Below, in pieces: positions 50,914-62,502 of a stretch of DNA of 64,000 bases. The translations under genes and the position numbers were made by a program. Below the pieces are notes generated by a model that ran no database searches, was not told the DNA's origin, and saw only the letters and a list, made by a program, of their open reading frames with translations. The first letter of the stretch is position 1, and every line of letters begins with the position of its first letter. The stretch spans positions 8,455,942-8,519,941 of the forward strand of contig NC_069004.1 of NCBI RefSeq assembly GCF_001194135.2. The letters are read 5' to 3'. The stretch comes from Octopus bimaculoides. Lineage: Eukaryota.

Positions 50914-51656
50914 TCTTCTATAGCTTTACTTTCTCTGACCGCAGTATATGGATATCTTCCTTTGTTTTGTAGTTATATATTCCTAGTTATTCAAAACATT
51001 TCTGCCACAATACTGCCATCAACTATTATCTGGAAAGGGTTGCACAGTCCTTTGTAAAATTGACCAGGTTTAAGTAGGATACAATATCATGCACATTCCA
51101 GATAATGAAGCAGAGAATGATTGCTAATATTTCACATTAACTCAATAATAAATCTATAGAGACAGAATTACATCTGTTCTATATATCTTTCTTTAGTCTT
51201 TAACAGTTGATAGTCAATTCTTTAATGCCAATGTCATTTGATATTCTGAAATGATAAAGAACGAGAGTAAGATATCAAAGATAATTAAAAAGTAGAAATC
51301 TAACAGTGAAATTTCACTACAATTAAATAGTGATAAACTATAAACTTTCACCTCAACAAATGAACTTCAGATTTTGATTTATCAAAATTACAGTATACAA
51401 AGTTGCGTAAAGTTTACAGACTACAGACACACCTTCAGAATGTGTAACATTACCTATGTTATAATAAATGACAGTGGTTTTATATTATATCTGGACTAGT
51501 GTCTTTGGTTGTTGTATCTTCAGAACTTCTTCAGGTGCCTCACATTAAATCTGCAGCAGTACACAGACCTCACTCCACTGTTGTTCCAAGAACATTTTCC
51601 TCGTTAGTTATTCTACTACTTGTGATGCCACTAATTTGATACACTTCAACCAAAGT

Positions 51657-51699
<43 letters not shown>

Positions 51700-52419
51700 N
51701 NNNNNNNNNNNNNNNNNNNNNNNNNNNNNNNNNNNNNNNNNNNNNNNNNNNNNNNNNNNNNNNNNNNNNNNNNNNNNNNNNNNNNNNNNNNNNNNNNNNN
51801 NNNNNNNNNNNNNNNNNNNNNNNNNNNNNNNNNNNNNNNNNNNNNNNNNNNNNNNNNNNNNNNNNNATATATATATATATATATATATATAAATTGACTT
51901 GCCCAGAGATTGAACTCATTTCAATAAGATCAACTATTACACCTAACAATCTATACTTATATTCACTATACCAACTTTTATAGAATAGTGGACAATAACT
52001 TTCTTCTCTCTGTGGATAATTATTTGTCGCCGTAACGTAATTCCTGGTCATTCCTTACTAAGCAGACCTATGAAAATTTGGCTTCTATTTCAAGCAGATC
52101 GAATTACTATATAGTTTCCATTCCAGGGGCTCATTGTTTTGTTTGGGCCTTCTATCAAAGTAGAGTTGTTTTCATCGCTGCTATGAATTTTATAACAGAT
52201 CAAACGAAAGGAAACATAGATGAACTAAGAAAAGACGACTGAATGAAGGAAAAACATAAAATATACCTTTCAAAAAGGTAAACAAACTACTCATGAATAC
52301 ATTCGTACAGGAAAGACTCCATATCAGTCTTATATGTGGTAGATTATTCCCCGTAGAAAGTGGTTTTACTTGCAAGCCTAAAAATGCAATACAGTTACTC
52401 TTTCACGTCTATCCTAAAA

Positions 52420-52560
52420 GGATAGAAGGTATATCACGGTCATAACTGTGATAAATTGTTCTCTACGCGAAGTAGCTTAACCACGCACAAATACATGCAG
52501 ATATGAGAGAAGCTGTATGACTGTTGATATCTGTGGTAAATTATTCTTGATGATTTTAAA
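52420..52560 (+). pseudogene. Degenerate ZF repeat antisense to ZNF-G, inside its intron 1
   Basis: Translates as HNCDKLFSTRSSLTTHKYMQI*EKLYDC, then after a frameshift DICGKLF. Confidence 0.75.
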
Positions 52561-53254
52561 ATCATTTTTGTAACTTCATAAAATTTTTAATGACAGTCTC
52601 AATGTTAAATATCCCCATATATACCTGTCTTCAATGACCTTGCAGCGAAGGCTAATAATACTTTATAACCGAATTGGCGACATTAACTTAGGTGAAATCA
52701 AGTCTTAATAAATTCTAGCTTTTCTCTTCACTTACTTGTTATGTCCATTAGAAAAATATTTTTACAGAATAGCAAAAGCATGAAGAAAAAAAAAAGACCA
52801 AAAATAACGAAACCACACACACACACAGAATATTAATTTTCATCGTGTAGGATTTCAGATTTTCTTTCTTTTTCTTTTCTTATTTAAGATGAATTACAGT
52901 ACAGGAATTTGAGAATGAAGAATACTACAAAATTACGAAAAAGAAGAAATCATGTTAATGGTGGCAGCTTTTGCGAATGCACAATTAAAGGCGAGAGGAT
53001 TGAGACAACTGGATTTTTTTTTTAATTTTTAAACGATTCATTAAGTATTTTGCATCATGAGATTCTATACAATCTCGAAAAATCGCGAAAAAAAATCTAT
53101 TTCATTCGCGAGAGAAATTCCGAAAGACAATCAATCACTGTATCAGGAAGAAATGCTTCTTCCTACTGTTATGTTCTCACTTCAGTATAATTAATTTCAT
53201 TATTCCTCCAAGTAAAGCACAATTCTGTTATTTACAAATATTAGTACGGTATAG

Positions 53255-53470
53255 AAAGAAACGTTTGTCAACTTACCGTTTTCAAATCTAAACAGTAAAT
53301 CAATGGGTTATATTTTCACCAAAGCATATATATCTGTTTGTTAGAATGAGGTTTTAGCAATTCTTTATCAACCTCATTAGACATCAACATTGAAGAAATT
53401 ACTATATTATCACAATGAACAAGTGAAGCTGACTATATGTCTCCAGCCGTACTTTCGATGTCTAACATTA
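53255..53470 (-). promoter_or_regulatory. Exon 1 module of ZNF-G (donor 53276; acceptor 51246)
   Basis: Conserved core and donor. The upstream promoter homology is replaced by a Tc1 relic. Confidence 0.75.
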
Positions 53471-53477
53471 CAATCTC

Positions 53478-53700
53478 TGTGTGAATTAGTGCATTATCAT
53501 CCTGAAAGATTGCGTTTCCCTCTGGAAACTGTTCTGCAACCATAGGATGAATTTGATTAGGTAAAATGCTTAAATAGTCTTAACTATTAATTTTGCCATG
53601 AAGGGAAACCATTGGGCCAGCAGATTTCCAAGATATAGAACCCCCCCAGATCATCATAGATCCTCCTCCATGTTTAACAATTGGAAGAAAGCAGGAAAAA
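53478..53700 (-). mobile_element. Tc1 (DD34E) transposase fragment
   Basis: CFLPIVKHGGGSMMIWG...GPMVSLHGKINS*DYLSIL...NAIFQDDNALIH. Confidence 0.85.
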
Positions 53701-53999
53701 AATAGCAGTTATTTTATGATACCAGCAGGTATGTCTAGCAGACGAACATCCATCGCCGAAGATGACCAAAATGAGGGCGAAATCACGTGAGCTGGTGGTC
53801 TCCAAGCTACAATAGTAGGAAGTTCTCTCCCTGCTTGCAAAGCTCACCGAATAACCAGCTGGAATATCGTCTGTTCCCCTAGAACACCTACATTTTGGTG
53901 GTGATAAACATTAATGCTAATATTGTCCAATGGTTTATTATCAGAGTAATCTACTCACTAATAACATGCCCAATGCATATTCTAAGGATTAATAAAGAT

Positions 54000-54380
54000 C
54001 TTTTTGAAAATGTTTTAAAACGTAATTATTGTATCTGGTTTAAATATTTTATTTTTGAGAAAAATCACATCTTCACTGGAAACATCCAGCTCTCCCATTC
54101 CTTATGAGCTCATGAGATCTCCAAGGGGACACTACCAACGAGTTTTAATATGACATCGAAAGTGCGGCTATATCAGCTTCACTTGTTTGTTGTGGTAATT
54201 TAGTGTTTTGTTGTTAAAGGGTTTTCTTGAATGTCGATGTAGAACAAAGTTGGTAAAACATCGGTAAATCTCATTGTAACAGTCAGATATTTATTGTGGT
54301 AGTTTGGTGAAAATATATAACATACTGATTGACTGTTTACATCTGAAAATGGTAAGTTGATAGACGTTTGATTTGATGCT
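54000..54380 (+). promoter_or_regulatory. Promoter/exon 1 module of ZNF-H (donor 54352; acceptor 55457)
   Basis: TGACATCGAAAGTGCGGC...CTGAAAATG|GTAAGTTGATAG, in the plus orientation matching the gene. Confidence 0.75.
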
Positions 54381-54553
54381 GTAATATTGTCTGTAAATAA
54401 TAAAATTGTTTCACTTGAAGGATAAGGTATATTGAAATGAAACAAAACAACAGGGAAATATATTTCTTTCAGATACAATAATTATATAAATGTGCAAACT
54501 CATAACAACATTAGTAAAAGATATTTCTTCCAAGAATACAGTAATTATATTGT

Positions 54554-54895
54554 TGTTGGCACTCCGTCGCTTACGACGTCAAGGGTTCCAGTTGATCCGA
54601 TCAACGGAACAGCCTGCTCGTGAAATTAACGTGCAAGTGGCTGAGCACTCCACAGACACGTGTACCCTTAACGTAGTTCTCGGGGATATTCAGCGTGACA
54701 CAGTGTGACAAGGCTGACCCATTGAATTACAGGCACAACAGAAACAGGAAGAAAGAGAAAGTTGTGGTGAAAGAGTACAGAAGGGTTCGCCACCATCCCC
54801 TGCCGGAGCCTCGTGTTTTCGCTCAGTAAACACTCACAACGCCCGATCTGGGAATCGAAACCGCTGCCCTAACCACTGGGCCATTGCGCCTCCAC
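54554..54895 (-). mobile_element. SINE-alpha with 11-bp TSD in ZNF-H intron 1
   Basis: TSD AATTATATTGT at 54543-54553 and 54896-54906. Confidence 0.9.
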
Positions 54896-55269
54896 AATTA
54901 TATTGTACTTGGAATAAATAACAACTTTGAAGAACAAATTTCCATATCTTCACTTTGATGTAGAAGATAATACTTTTAAACCTCACATGTTGATCTCTAT
55001 TTTTAAAAATATATGTTGGAAATTAATTTAAAAGCCAAGACTAGTAATTAAGTGAAGTAAATATTTGCATAATTAAAATATTTCATTGATATGTTTATAT
55101 TGCCTCGAATAGTGACAAGGTCTTTCGAGGAAGAGACGCCACATTGAATGTGGAGGAATTAAATGTTGAGACTCACGTTTAAGATTTGCTGTAGTTATGA
55201 AAAACAACTGTAAAAGTATCTGGAATGTCTTATCCCAGATAACAGTGACAGCTTCTCTTGTGATTACGT

Positions 55270-55400
55270 ACATAAATAGTGAGATTCTTTCCTGCAGAAA
55301 ATGATTTACAATAGGTAACTCTGTGATTTCGTTTCTTCCCCATATGAATGCATTTATTAGTAGTTAGGTTACCTTTTTGAGAACTATTCTCTTTTTGCTA
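55270..55400 (-). pseudogene. Degenerate ZF repeat antisense to ZNF-H, inside its intron 1
   Basis: The minus strand translates as SQKGNLTTNKCIHMGKKRNHRVTYCKSFSAGKNLTIY. Confidence 0.75.
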
Positions 55401-55816
55401 ATGTTTTTACTTCGTTCAGTTTTTTATATATCTTTTATGGTTTCTCTGTCATTTCAGAAAATCAAATGTCATCAACATCAAAGATCCATTATCAGTATTT
55501 GTCACCATTTACAGACTTGAGAAAGCAGTTATACAGAAAACTTACAACACTGTTTCTATAAATTTATCTTTGAGTTACTGACAGTTACTCTTCCAAGTGA
55601 AACATTTCTCTTCATTGTATAGAATGGGTATAAGATGATTTTGCATTACACTTAAATTTGGACAGATTTACAAATGAATTTCATTGCTATTTCTGAAACC
55701 AGCAGAAGGAAAACTGTTGATGGAAATATTGCAGTAGAAGAATTTTGATCAATGTTGTAGTAGATAAAGAAGAAATATTGATGTAATTGTCCCGAGAAAA
55801 GAAAAATTAAAGGGAA

Positions 55817-57034
55817 ATGAATTTTCCTCAAGAATTGCCAAAGGAAGTGGGAAAATCACTTTATCATTGTGATATTTGTCAAAAGACATTCTCTCTAAAA
55901 AGTAGCCTTAGTAATCATAAAACCATCCACTCAGCAGAGAAACGACATAATTGTGATATCTGTGGTAAATCATTCCCTCGATTACAAACCTTAATTGTTC
56001 ACAAGCGTACTCATACTGGAGAGAAACCATATCACTGTGATATCTGTGGTAAATCATTCACTGTAAAAGGCACATTAACTCAACATAGACATGTACATAC
56101 AGGAGAGAAACCACATAACTGTGATGTATGCAGTAAATCATTCTCTCAATTGCATAGTTTAATTACTCACAAACACATTCATACAGGTGAACAACCATAT
56201 GAATGTTGTATCTGTGGTAAATCATTCTCTCAAATGCATAATTTAATTGCTCACAAACGCATTCATACAGGTGAAAAACCATATGGATGTAATATCTGTG
56301 GTAAATCATTCTCTCTAAGGTGTCACTTAGATGGTCACAAGCGTACTCATACAGGTGAAAAACCATATCATTGTGATATCTGTGGTAAATCATTCTCTCA
56401 GGCTAATGGCCTAACTCGCCACATACGCATTCATACAGGTGAAAAACCATATCAGTGTAACATTTGTGGTGAATCATTCTCTGAAACTGGTAATTTAACT
56501 AAACACAAACACATTCATACAGGTGAGAAGTCATATCATTGTGATATCTGTGGGAAATCGTTCTTTCAAAAAGCTCATTTAAATTCTCACAAACGCATTC
56601 ATACTGGAGAGAAACCATATCATTGTGATATCTGCGGTAAATCATTCTCTCATGGGAATGTCTTAAATACTCACAAACACATTCATACAGGAGAGAAACC
56701 ACATTCCTGTGAAATCTGTGGCAAATCATTCAGTGATAGCGGTTCATTAGTTCTTCACAAACGTATTCATACAGGAGAGAAGCCATATCACTGCGATATC
56801 TGTGGTGAATCATTCACTTACGGAAGTGCATTAACTGGTCACAAGCGTATTCATACAGGAGAGGATCCATATCGCTGTAATATCTGTGGTAAATCACTTT
56901 CTACTAGTTCTAGCTTAATTAGGCACATACGTATTCATACAGGTGAAAAGCCATATCACTGTCATATCTGTGGTAAATCATTCACAGTAACAAGTCAGTT
57001 AAGTACACACTACGACTCTCATACAGGAAAATAG
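55817..57034 (+). CDS. ZNF-H: 405-aa poly-C2H2 protein, 14 fingers, ended by a premature stop
   Basis: The ORF ends HTGK* (GGA AAA TAG CTG TAT CAC TGT) in the middle of a TGEKLYHC linker. Confidence 0.9.
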   Translation: MNFPQELPKEVGKSLYHCDICQKTFSLKSSLSNHKTIHSAEKRHNCDICGKSFPRLQTLIVHKRTHTGEKPYHCDICGKSFTVKGTLTQHRHVHTGEKPHNCDVCSKSFSQLHSLITHKHIHTGEQPYECCICGKSFSQMHNLIAHKRIHTGEKPYGCNICGKSFSLRCHLDGHKRTHTGEKPYHCDICGKSFSQANGLTRHIRIHTGEKPYQCNICGESFSETGNLTKHKHIHTGEKSYHCDICGKSFFQKAHLNSHKRIHTGEKPYHCDICGKSFSHGNVLNTHKHIHTGEKPHSCEICGKSFSDSGSLVLHKRIHTGEKPYHCDICGESFTYGSALTGHKRIHTGEDPYRCNICGKSLSTSSSLIRHIRIHTGEKPYHCHICGKSFTVTSQLSTHYDSHTGK

Positions 57035-57400
57035 CTGTATCACTGTGATATCTGTAAGAAATCATTCTCTTAAGCAAGTATATAATTATTCACAGACATA
57101 TTTATACTGGAGAGAAACCCTTTCATGTGATTTTTATGGTTAATCTTTCTTCCAAAATAGTGATATAACTAAGTGCAGTGGCATTTATACAGAAGAAAAT
57201 TCATATTACTGTACTATCTGTGAGATAGCATTCTTTTTAAGTAGTGCCTGAACTACTCACAAATGCCTTAATAAAGGAGAAAAATTACACAATTGTGATA
57301 TCTGTGGTTTATCACTTTCTGAAAATAGTAATTAACCTAAATAGATATAACCATTCTAGGGGGAAAAAAAACCATCACAGTGTTATGTGTAATACATCAC
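57035..57400 (+). pseudogene. Decayed C-terminal fingers of ZNF-H
   Basis: [12 protein letters not shown]..., then SFFQNSDITK (the QNSDV finger of the family C-terminal block). Confidence 0.8.
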
Positions 57401-57874
57401 TCATTTACTTACAAATATACACTCTGTAAACAGAGATATCATCACTCTAAAATTGTCAGGAATATAGCAGCCTCCCTAATGTTGGATCTGCAATAACATA
57501 CCTTACAATACACTGTCAAATTGATCATGTTTGGTAGTGCAACCAACCATAAAAACTATGCCCTCAAAACATACATGTGAAATGTTTTACATAACTCATA
57601 GAACGGACCTTTTTTCTTTGTTTTGTTTTTTTTTGTGATACTTTTAATAAATGATTATATATATTGCATTGCATTGATTATTTATTGATTTGAACTTATT
57701 AGAATGAGTTGTCCTAGAAGGATCTAAACGTTGTTTGTTTTTGTTTGCCCATTTCATTGCATCTGATAAAGTTTTACTGAACATTTTGGTTATCCAATAC
57801 TTTGCACTCTGATTCATTTTGTGTTTTGCACATTGACTACAAATATGCTTATTTCAACATAAATAAAGCTGAAA

Positions 57875-58135
57875 CTATTTAGTTCCAGCTCTGACTTGCA
57901 TTTTCCTAAACTTTTCTAAGCAACCTATTTTCCATAGAATTAGCCACAGAACATTTTGATTAACAGTATCAAATGCCTTGCTTAAATCAACAAAGCAATG
58001 GTATAGAGCAAGATACTGTTCAATGCACTTTTCCTGCAGTTGGCTGATAGTAAAGATACAATCAACTGTGCCCCTAGAGGAACAAAAACCACATTGAAAC
58101 TCAGACACTATATTTGGAACTATGAAGGTATTTAA
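57875..58135 (-). mobile_element. RTE-clade LINE RT fragment
   Basis: EFQCGFCSSRGTVDCIFTISQLQEKCIEQYLALYHCFVDLSKAFDTVNQNVLW matches the conserved RT domains 1-3 of RTE elements. Confidence 0.9.
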
Positions 58136-58207
58136 ACACCCTTAGAGAATGCAGGTAAGTACCAAAGCAAAATCCCATGAAAATTACTTCTCAGATCCTA
58201 TATATAT

Positions 58208-58544
58208 TCGGAGCCCCCCTTTGGTCACGAATGACCATGGGATTGCACCTAGAAAGTTACCCTTCGAGGCACAAGTCCGAGCAAGGTTGTTTATGGAGGA
58301 TCACCAGTCGCCCATGCATACCGGTCTCCCCTCTCCATGCTACTGATGTTATCCAAGGGAAAAGCAGAGGCCGATAAAGCTTGGCACCTGTGACATCGCA
58401 ACTCATTTCTACAGCTGAGTAAACTGGATCAACGTGAAATAATGTGTCTTGCTCAAGAACACAATACGCAGCCCGGTCCAGGATTCTAACTGACAACCTC
58501 ACAGTCATAAGTTCGACACTAACCACTGAGCTATGCACCTTCAC
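58208..58544 (-). mobile_element. SINE-delta, longer copy
   Basis: Same head and body as the 19095 copy plus about 75 bp of internal sequence. Confidence 0.85.
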
Positions 58545-59399
58545 CATATATATATATATATATATATATNNNNNNNNNNCACACACACACACATGCATAC
58601 ATATGTATGTATATGTTTACCTGTTTCAGTTATTTGACTGCAGCCATCCTCAGCCACTGCCTTGATTAAATTTGCCATGCCTCTGTCTGTCTACTCCAGA
58701 TCACATGTGTTCTGCCTTTCACTTTCCTGACCCAGTCTTACTTACTCCTCTTTCCCTTCTTTAAACTGATATTCACCATTAACCACAACTCCACTGTTGT
58801 TCACCATTCACTTCTGTCCCCATCAGCCACTCTCCTTTTACACAATCAGTGTTACCCATTTACCCAGTCCAATCTTGTTGACCATTTTAATTCTGTCCAC
58901 CTTCCTGTAACTTGAGGGTATGCTCTGACATCCCTTTACCATTTTCTTTTCTTTTCTAACTAGAGTAACCATGTATCTGCTCTACCTCAAAATACCTGTT
59001 TCTATCCATCTATCATACTTTAACTTCTCATTACCTGGCAAAAAGCCACATCCCTCAAATGATTTGCTAACCTCACTTGTGCTGGTACCATGTAAATGGC
59101 ACCCAGTACACTCTTCGCAGAGTATAGAGGGTATAGACCTTTACCTCGTCGGCTCCTGTCAAACTGCCCAAACCATGCCAGCAGGGAAAACAGATGCTAA
59201 GCAATGATGATGATGTCCTTGATATTACTATATAATTCATGTCTTTGTGCTTGTGTTTCAAAACAACGAACGATTATAATATTCCAAAACGGTGGTTGCC
59301 ACACTGCTGCAGATAAGCATTTCTTTTCACAGAAACATGGCACTTCCCCTCTGTTTAGCAATAAAATCAGAAGTGGGAGAGAAAAACAGGACTAAATTT

Positions 59400-59790
59400 T
59401 ATCCAGTGGTTTACTATCAGTATTCTTACCGACTTATATAATGTCTTATTCATATTCTAAAGATCGATGATCTTAAGAAAATGCTCTTAGATCGTAAGTA
59501 TCTCGTCTCACGATAACTCCAAGGGGACGCTATCATTGCGGTTGTAATAACTGACATCGAAAGTGCGGCTGGAGACATAAAGTCAGCTTCATCTGTTATT
59601 TGTAATAAGTTAGGATTTTATTGTTGAACAAATTGGGGAATTACTTTGATACAGGCGCAGAAAGAAGTTGATAAAATGTTAGTAAACCTCATTTTAACAA
59701 TCAGATAATTAGTTTGGTGAAAATGCACAACGCCCTGATTCACTTTACATCTGAAAACGGTAAGTTGATAAACGTTTGTTTTAATGCTGT
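59400..59790 (+). promoter_or_regulatory. Promoter/exon 1 module of ZNF-I (donor 59760; acceptor 60898)
   Basis: TGACATCGAAAGTGCGGCTGGAGACATAAAGTCAGCTTCA...CTGAAAACG|GTAAGTTGATAAACGTTTG. Confidence 0.75.
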
Positions 59791-60034
59791 AATAATTAAT
59801 AATGTGTGTAAATAATAGAATTGTGTTTTACTTGGTGGATAAGATCAATCATATTGAAGTAAAAACATATAACAATGAGAAAAGATAATAACAATGAGAA
59901 AAGTAATTATATAAACGTAAAAACTCAGCGACATTGGTAAAAGATATTTTCTTCGAGAATCTCCGATCTGGATATGATGGAGTTACGGAAAACAACTGTC
60001 AAAGCAACTGGAATGATTTATTTCGTTGAAAGGC

Positions 60035-60110
60035 TACTCTCTGCGGAGAATGATTTACAACAAATAAGACTACGATATTGAATACATTTGGGCGATCTTT
60101 TCTTTATCCA
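60035..60110 (-). pseudogene. Short degenerate ZF repeat antisense to ZNF-I, inside its intron 1
   Basis: The minus strand gives ICCKSFSAESSL. It lies at the same position relative to shared intron sequence (GAAAACAACTGT..AAG..CTGGAATG) as the remnant in H. Confidence 0.55.
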
Positions 60111-61194
60111 TAATGTTTCTTTTTGTTTGATCTTTTATAAAACTAGTAGCATCAATGAAAACGACTTCACTTATGTGTCTGGTCAGTCATGGCTGACTTG
60201 AGAACAAAACAACAACAACGTGTCTCGGGTGGAAACTGTAGTCACCGAACCTTCTTGAAATAGGAACCAAATTTCTTTCAAAATTGCGCCTAACCATCTT
60301 AGAGAGGATGGCCGGATGTGGAGCACAATGGATAATGTATTCCTAGATATATGATTGCAAATGCGTTTGGTCATAGGTGTACTTTGTAAGGAATGACTAG
60401 GAATTACGTAACGGTAACAATGGATGTTTCAATAGAGAGACGAATGTTATTGTTCACTATTCTGTAAATTGTGGTTTAGTGAATATAAGTATAGTTTAAG
60501 TGTCAACTGTTAGCTGTAATAGTTTCTCCTGTGGGAGTGAGTTCAGTCCTTAGGTAAGCCAGGATATATATGTATACTCTAATTGAAGTAATAGAATAGT
60601 TGATGAGGAGAATATCCCTGGTGTGGACAATGGGATGAGAATAATGTATCCTGTCAGTTTTGATACAGAGTTCAATTCTAATTCCTGAGAACATTACTGA
60701 ATACTAAAGAAATCCTGAAGCTACAAAAACTATAGTTTATAATCACTATTTTTTATTGTAATATATGTAACGTTACACAAATTAAAATGTAAAGTTTAAT
60801 TATTGAGGTAAAAGTTTATAGTTTATCCATATAGAATTGTAGAAATATTTATTTTTTAAATATTTTTAATTATTTACACTGTTTCTCTATCATTTCAGAA
60901 ATCAACTGACATTGGCATTAAAGCTATCATTAATACACAAAAGGAAGATTTGACACAAAAGTCGTACAACTCTGTTTCTATAGATTTATCTTTGAGTTAC
61001 TGAGAAATATTTCTTCTGTGTGAGACACTTTCTCCTCACAGGATGAGTTTGTGTTCAAGTTAAATTTGGATAGATTCATTAAAGAGTTTGCTACTGAGGA
61101 AAAATTGCAGTATAAATGGTTTGATGAAAACAGGAATATATAAGAAGTGATAAAAACACCCATTCTCTCATTTGAAAACGTAAATTCTAGAACA

Positions 61195-62502
61195 ATGAGT
61201 TCTTCTGAAGAATTGTCAAAGGAAGTAGGAAAATTATCATACCCCTGTGATATCTGTAAAAAGACATTCTCTCTAAAAAGCAGCCTTGCTACTCACAAAC
61301 GTATTCACACAGGAGAGAAATCACATAAGTGTGATATCTGTGGTAAATCATTCTCTCAAATACGTACTTTAACTATTCACAAACACATTCATACTGGAGA
61401 AAAACCATATAAATGTGAAAACTGTGGTAAATCATTTGCCTTTAGAAGATACTTAGCCAAACACATACGAGTTCATACGGGGGAAAAGCCATATCACTGT
61501 GATATCTGTGGTAAATCATTCTCTGAAAGTGATGGCCTAACTAGCCACATTCGAATTCACACAGGTGAGAAGCCATATCAGTGTAATATTTGTGGTAAAT
61601 CATTCTCTGAAAGATGTAATTTAACTACACACAAAAACATTCATACAGGAGAGAAGTCATATCACTGTGATATCTGTGGTAAATCATTCTTTCAGAAAGT
61701 TCACTTAGATACTCACAAGCGTAGTCACACAGGAGAGAAACCGTATCACTGTGATATCTGTGGTAAAGCTTATGCTGATGTAAATAGCTTATATAGACAC
61801 AAACACATTCACACAGGACAGAAACCATATCAGTGTGATGTCTGTGGTAAATCATTCAGTTACAGAGGTCCATTAACAGCTCACAAACGTATTCATACGG
61901 GGAAGAAACCATATCGCTGTGACACATGTGGTAAATCTTTCAGAGAAGCAGCTCAGTTATCAATACACAAGAGACGTGTTCATACAAATGAGAAACCATA
62001 TCAGTGTGATATCTGTGGTAAATCATTTTCTGATGGAAGTATATTAACTGTTCACAAACGTATTCATACAGGGGAAAAATCACATCACTGTGATATCTGT
62101 GGTAAATCATTCACTGAAGGAAGTAAATTAACTGTTCACAAACGTATTCATTCTGGGGAAAAACTATATCACTGTGATATCTGTGGTAAATCCTTCTCTC
62201 AAACAGCACATTTAACTGTTCACATTCGTATTCATACAGGTGAGAAACCGTATCACTGTGATATCTGTGATAAATCATTCTCTCAAACCAGTCATTTAAC
62301 CATTCACAGACGTACTCATACAGGAGAGAAACCCTATCAGTGTGATATTTGTGGTAAATCTTTCTTCCAAAATAGTGATGTAACTAAGCACAAACGTTTT
62401 CATGCAAGAGAGAAACCATATCACTGTGATGTTTGTGGTAAATCATTTTTCCAAAATAGTGATTTGACTAGACACAAAAGTATTCATTCCAAAGGAAAAT
62501 AA
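61195..62502 (+). CDS. ZNF-I: poly-C2H2 protein, 15 fingers; start [10 protein letters not shown]
   Basis: Intact ORF with the homologous ATG at 61195. It ends HSKGK*, like ZNF-E. Confidence 0.95.
   Translation: MSSSEELSKEVGKLSYPCDICKKTFSLKSSLATHKRIHTGEKSHKCDICGKSFSQIRTLTIHKHIHTGEKPYKCENCGKSFAFRRYLAKHIRVHTGEKPYHCDICGKSFSESDGLTSHIRIHTGEKPYQCNICGKSFSERCNLTTHKNIHTGEKSYHCDICGKSFFQKVHLDTHKRSHTGEKPYHCDICGKAYADVNSLYRHKHIHTGQKPYQCDVCGKSFSYRGPLTAHKRIHTGKKPYRCDTCGKSFREAAQLSIHKRRVHTNEKPYQCDICGKSFSDGSILTVHKRIHTGEKSHHCDICGKSFTEGSKLTVHKRIHSGEKLYHCDICGKSFSQTAHLTVHIRIHTGEKPYHCDICDKSFSQTSHLTIHRRTHTGEKPYQCDICGKSFFQNSDVTKHKRFHAREKPYHCDVCGKSFFQNSDLTRHKSIHSKGK

Noticed and set aside
16181-54708. Recurrent ORF ...LRRRGFQLIRSTEQPAREINVQVAEHSTDT... 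at four or five loci
   Set aside because: It is the antisense strand of SINE-alpha. The start codons differ and come from flanking DNA, and the frame stays open because the copies are young.
55458-55816. Conserved uORF or hidden N-terminal domain in the shared 5'UTR
   Set aside because: H and I share a YNxVSIxLSLSY* frame, but A is frameshifted and upstream ATG positions and lengths differ between paralogs. This is DNA homology only.
58620-59000. Pyrimidine-rich stretch resembling a LINE fragment
   Set aside because: No convincing protein motif could be recovered by eye, so it is left unannotated.
9474-61855. Many short ORFs reading [11 protein letters not shown]... or VISVVNHS...
   Set aside because: These are antisense or alternate-frame shadows of the 84-bp ZF repeats, not independent genes.
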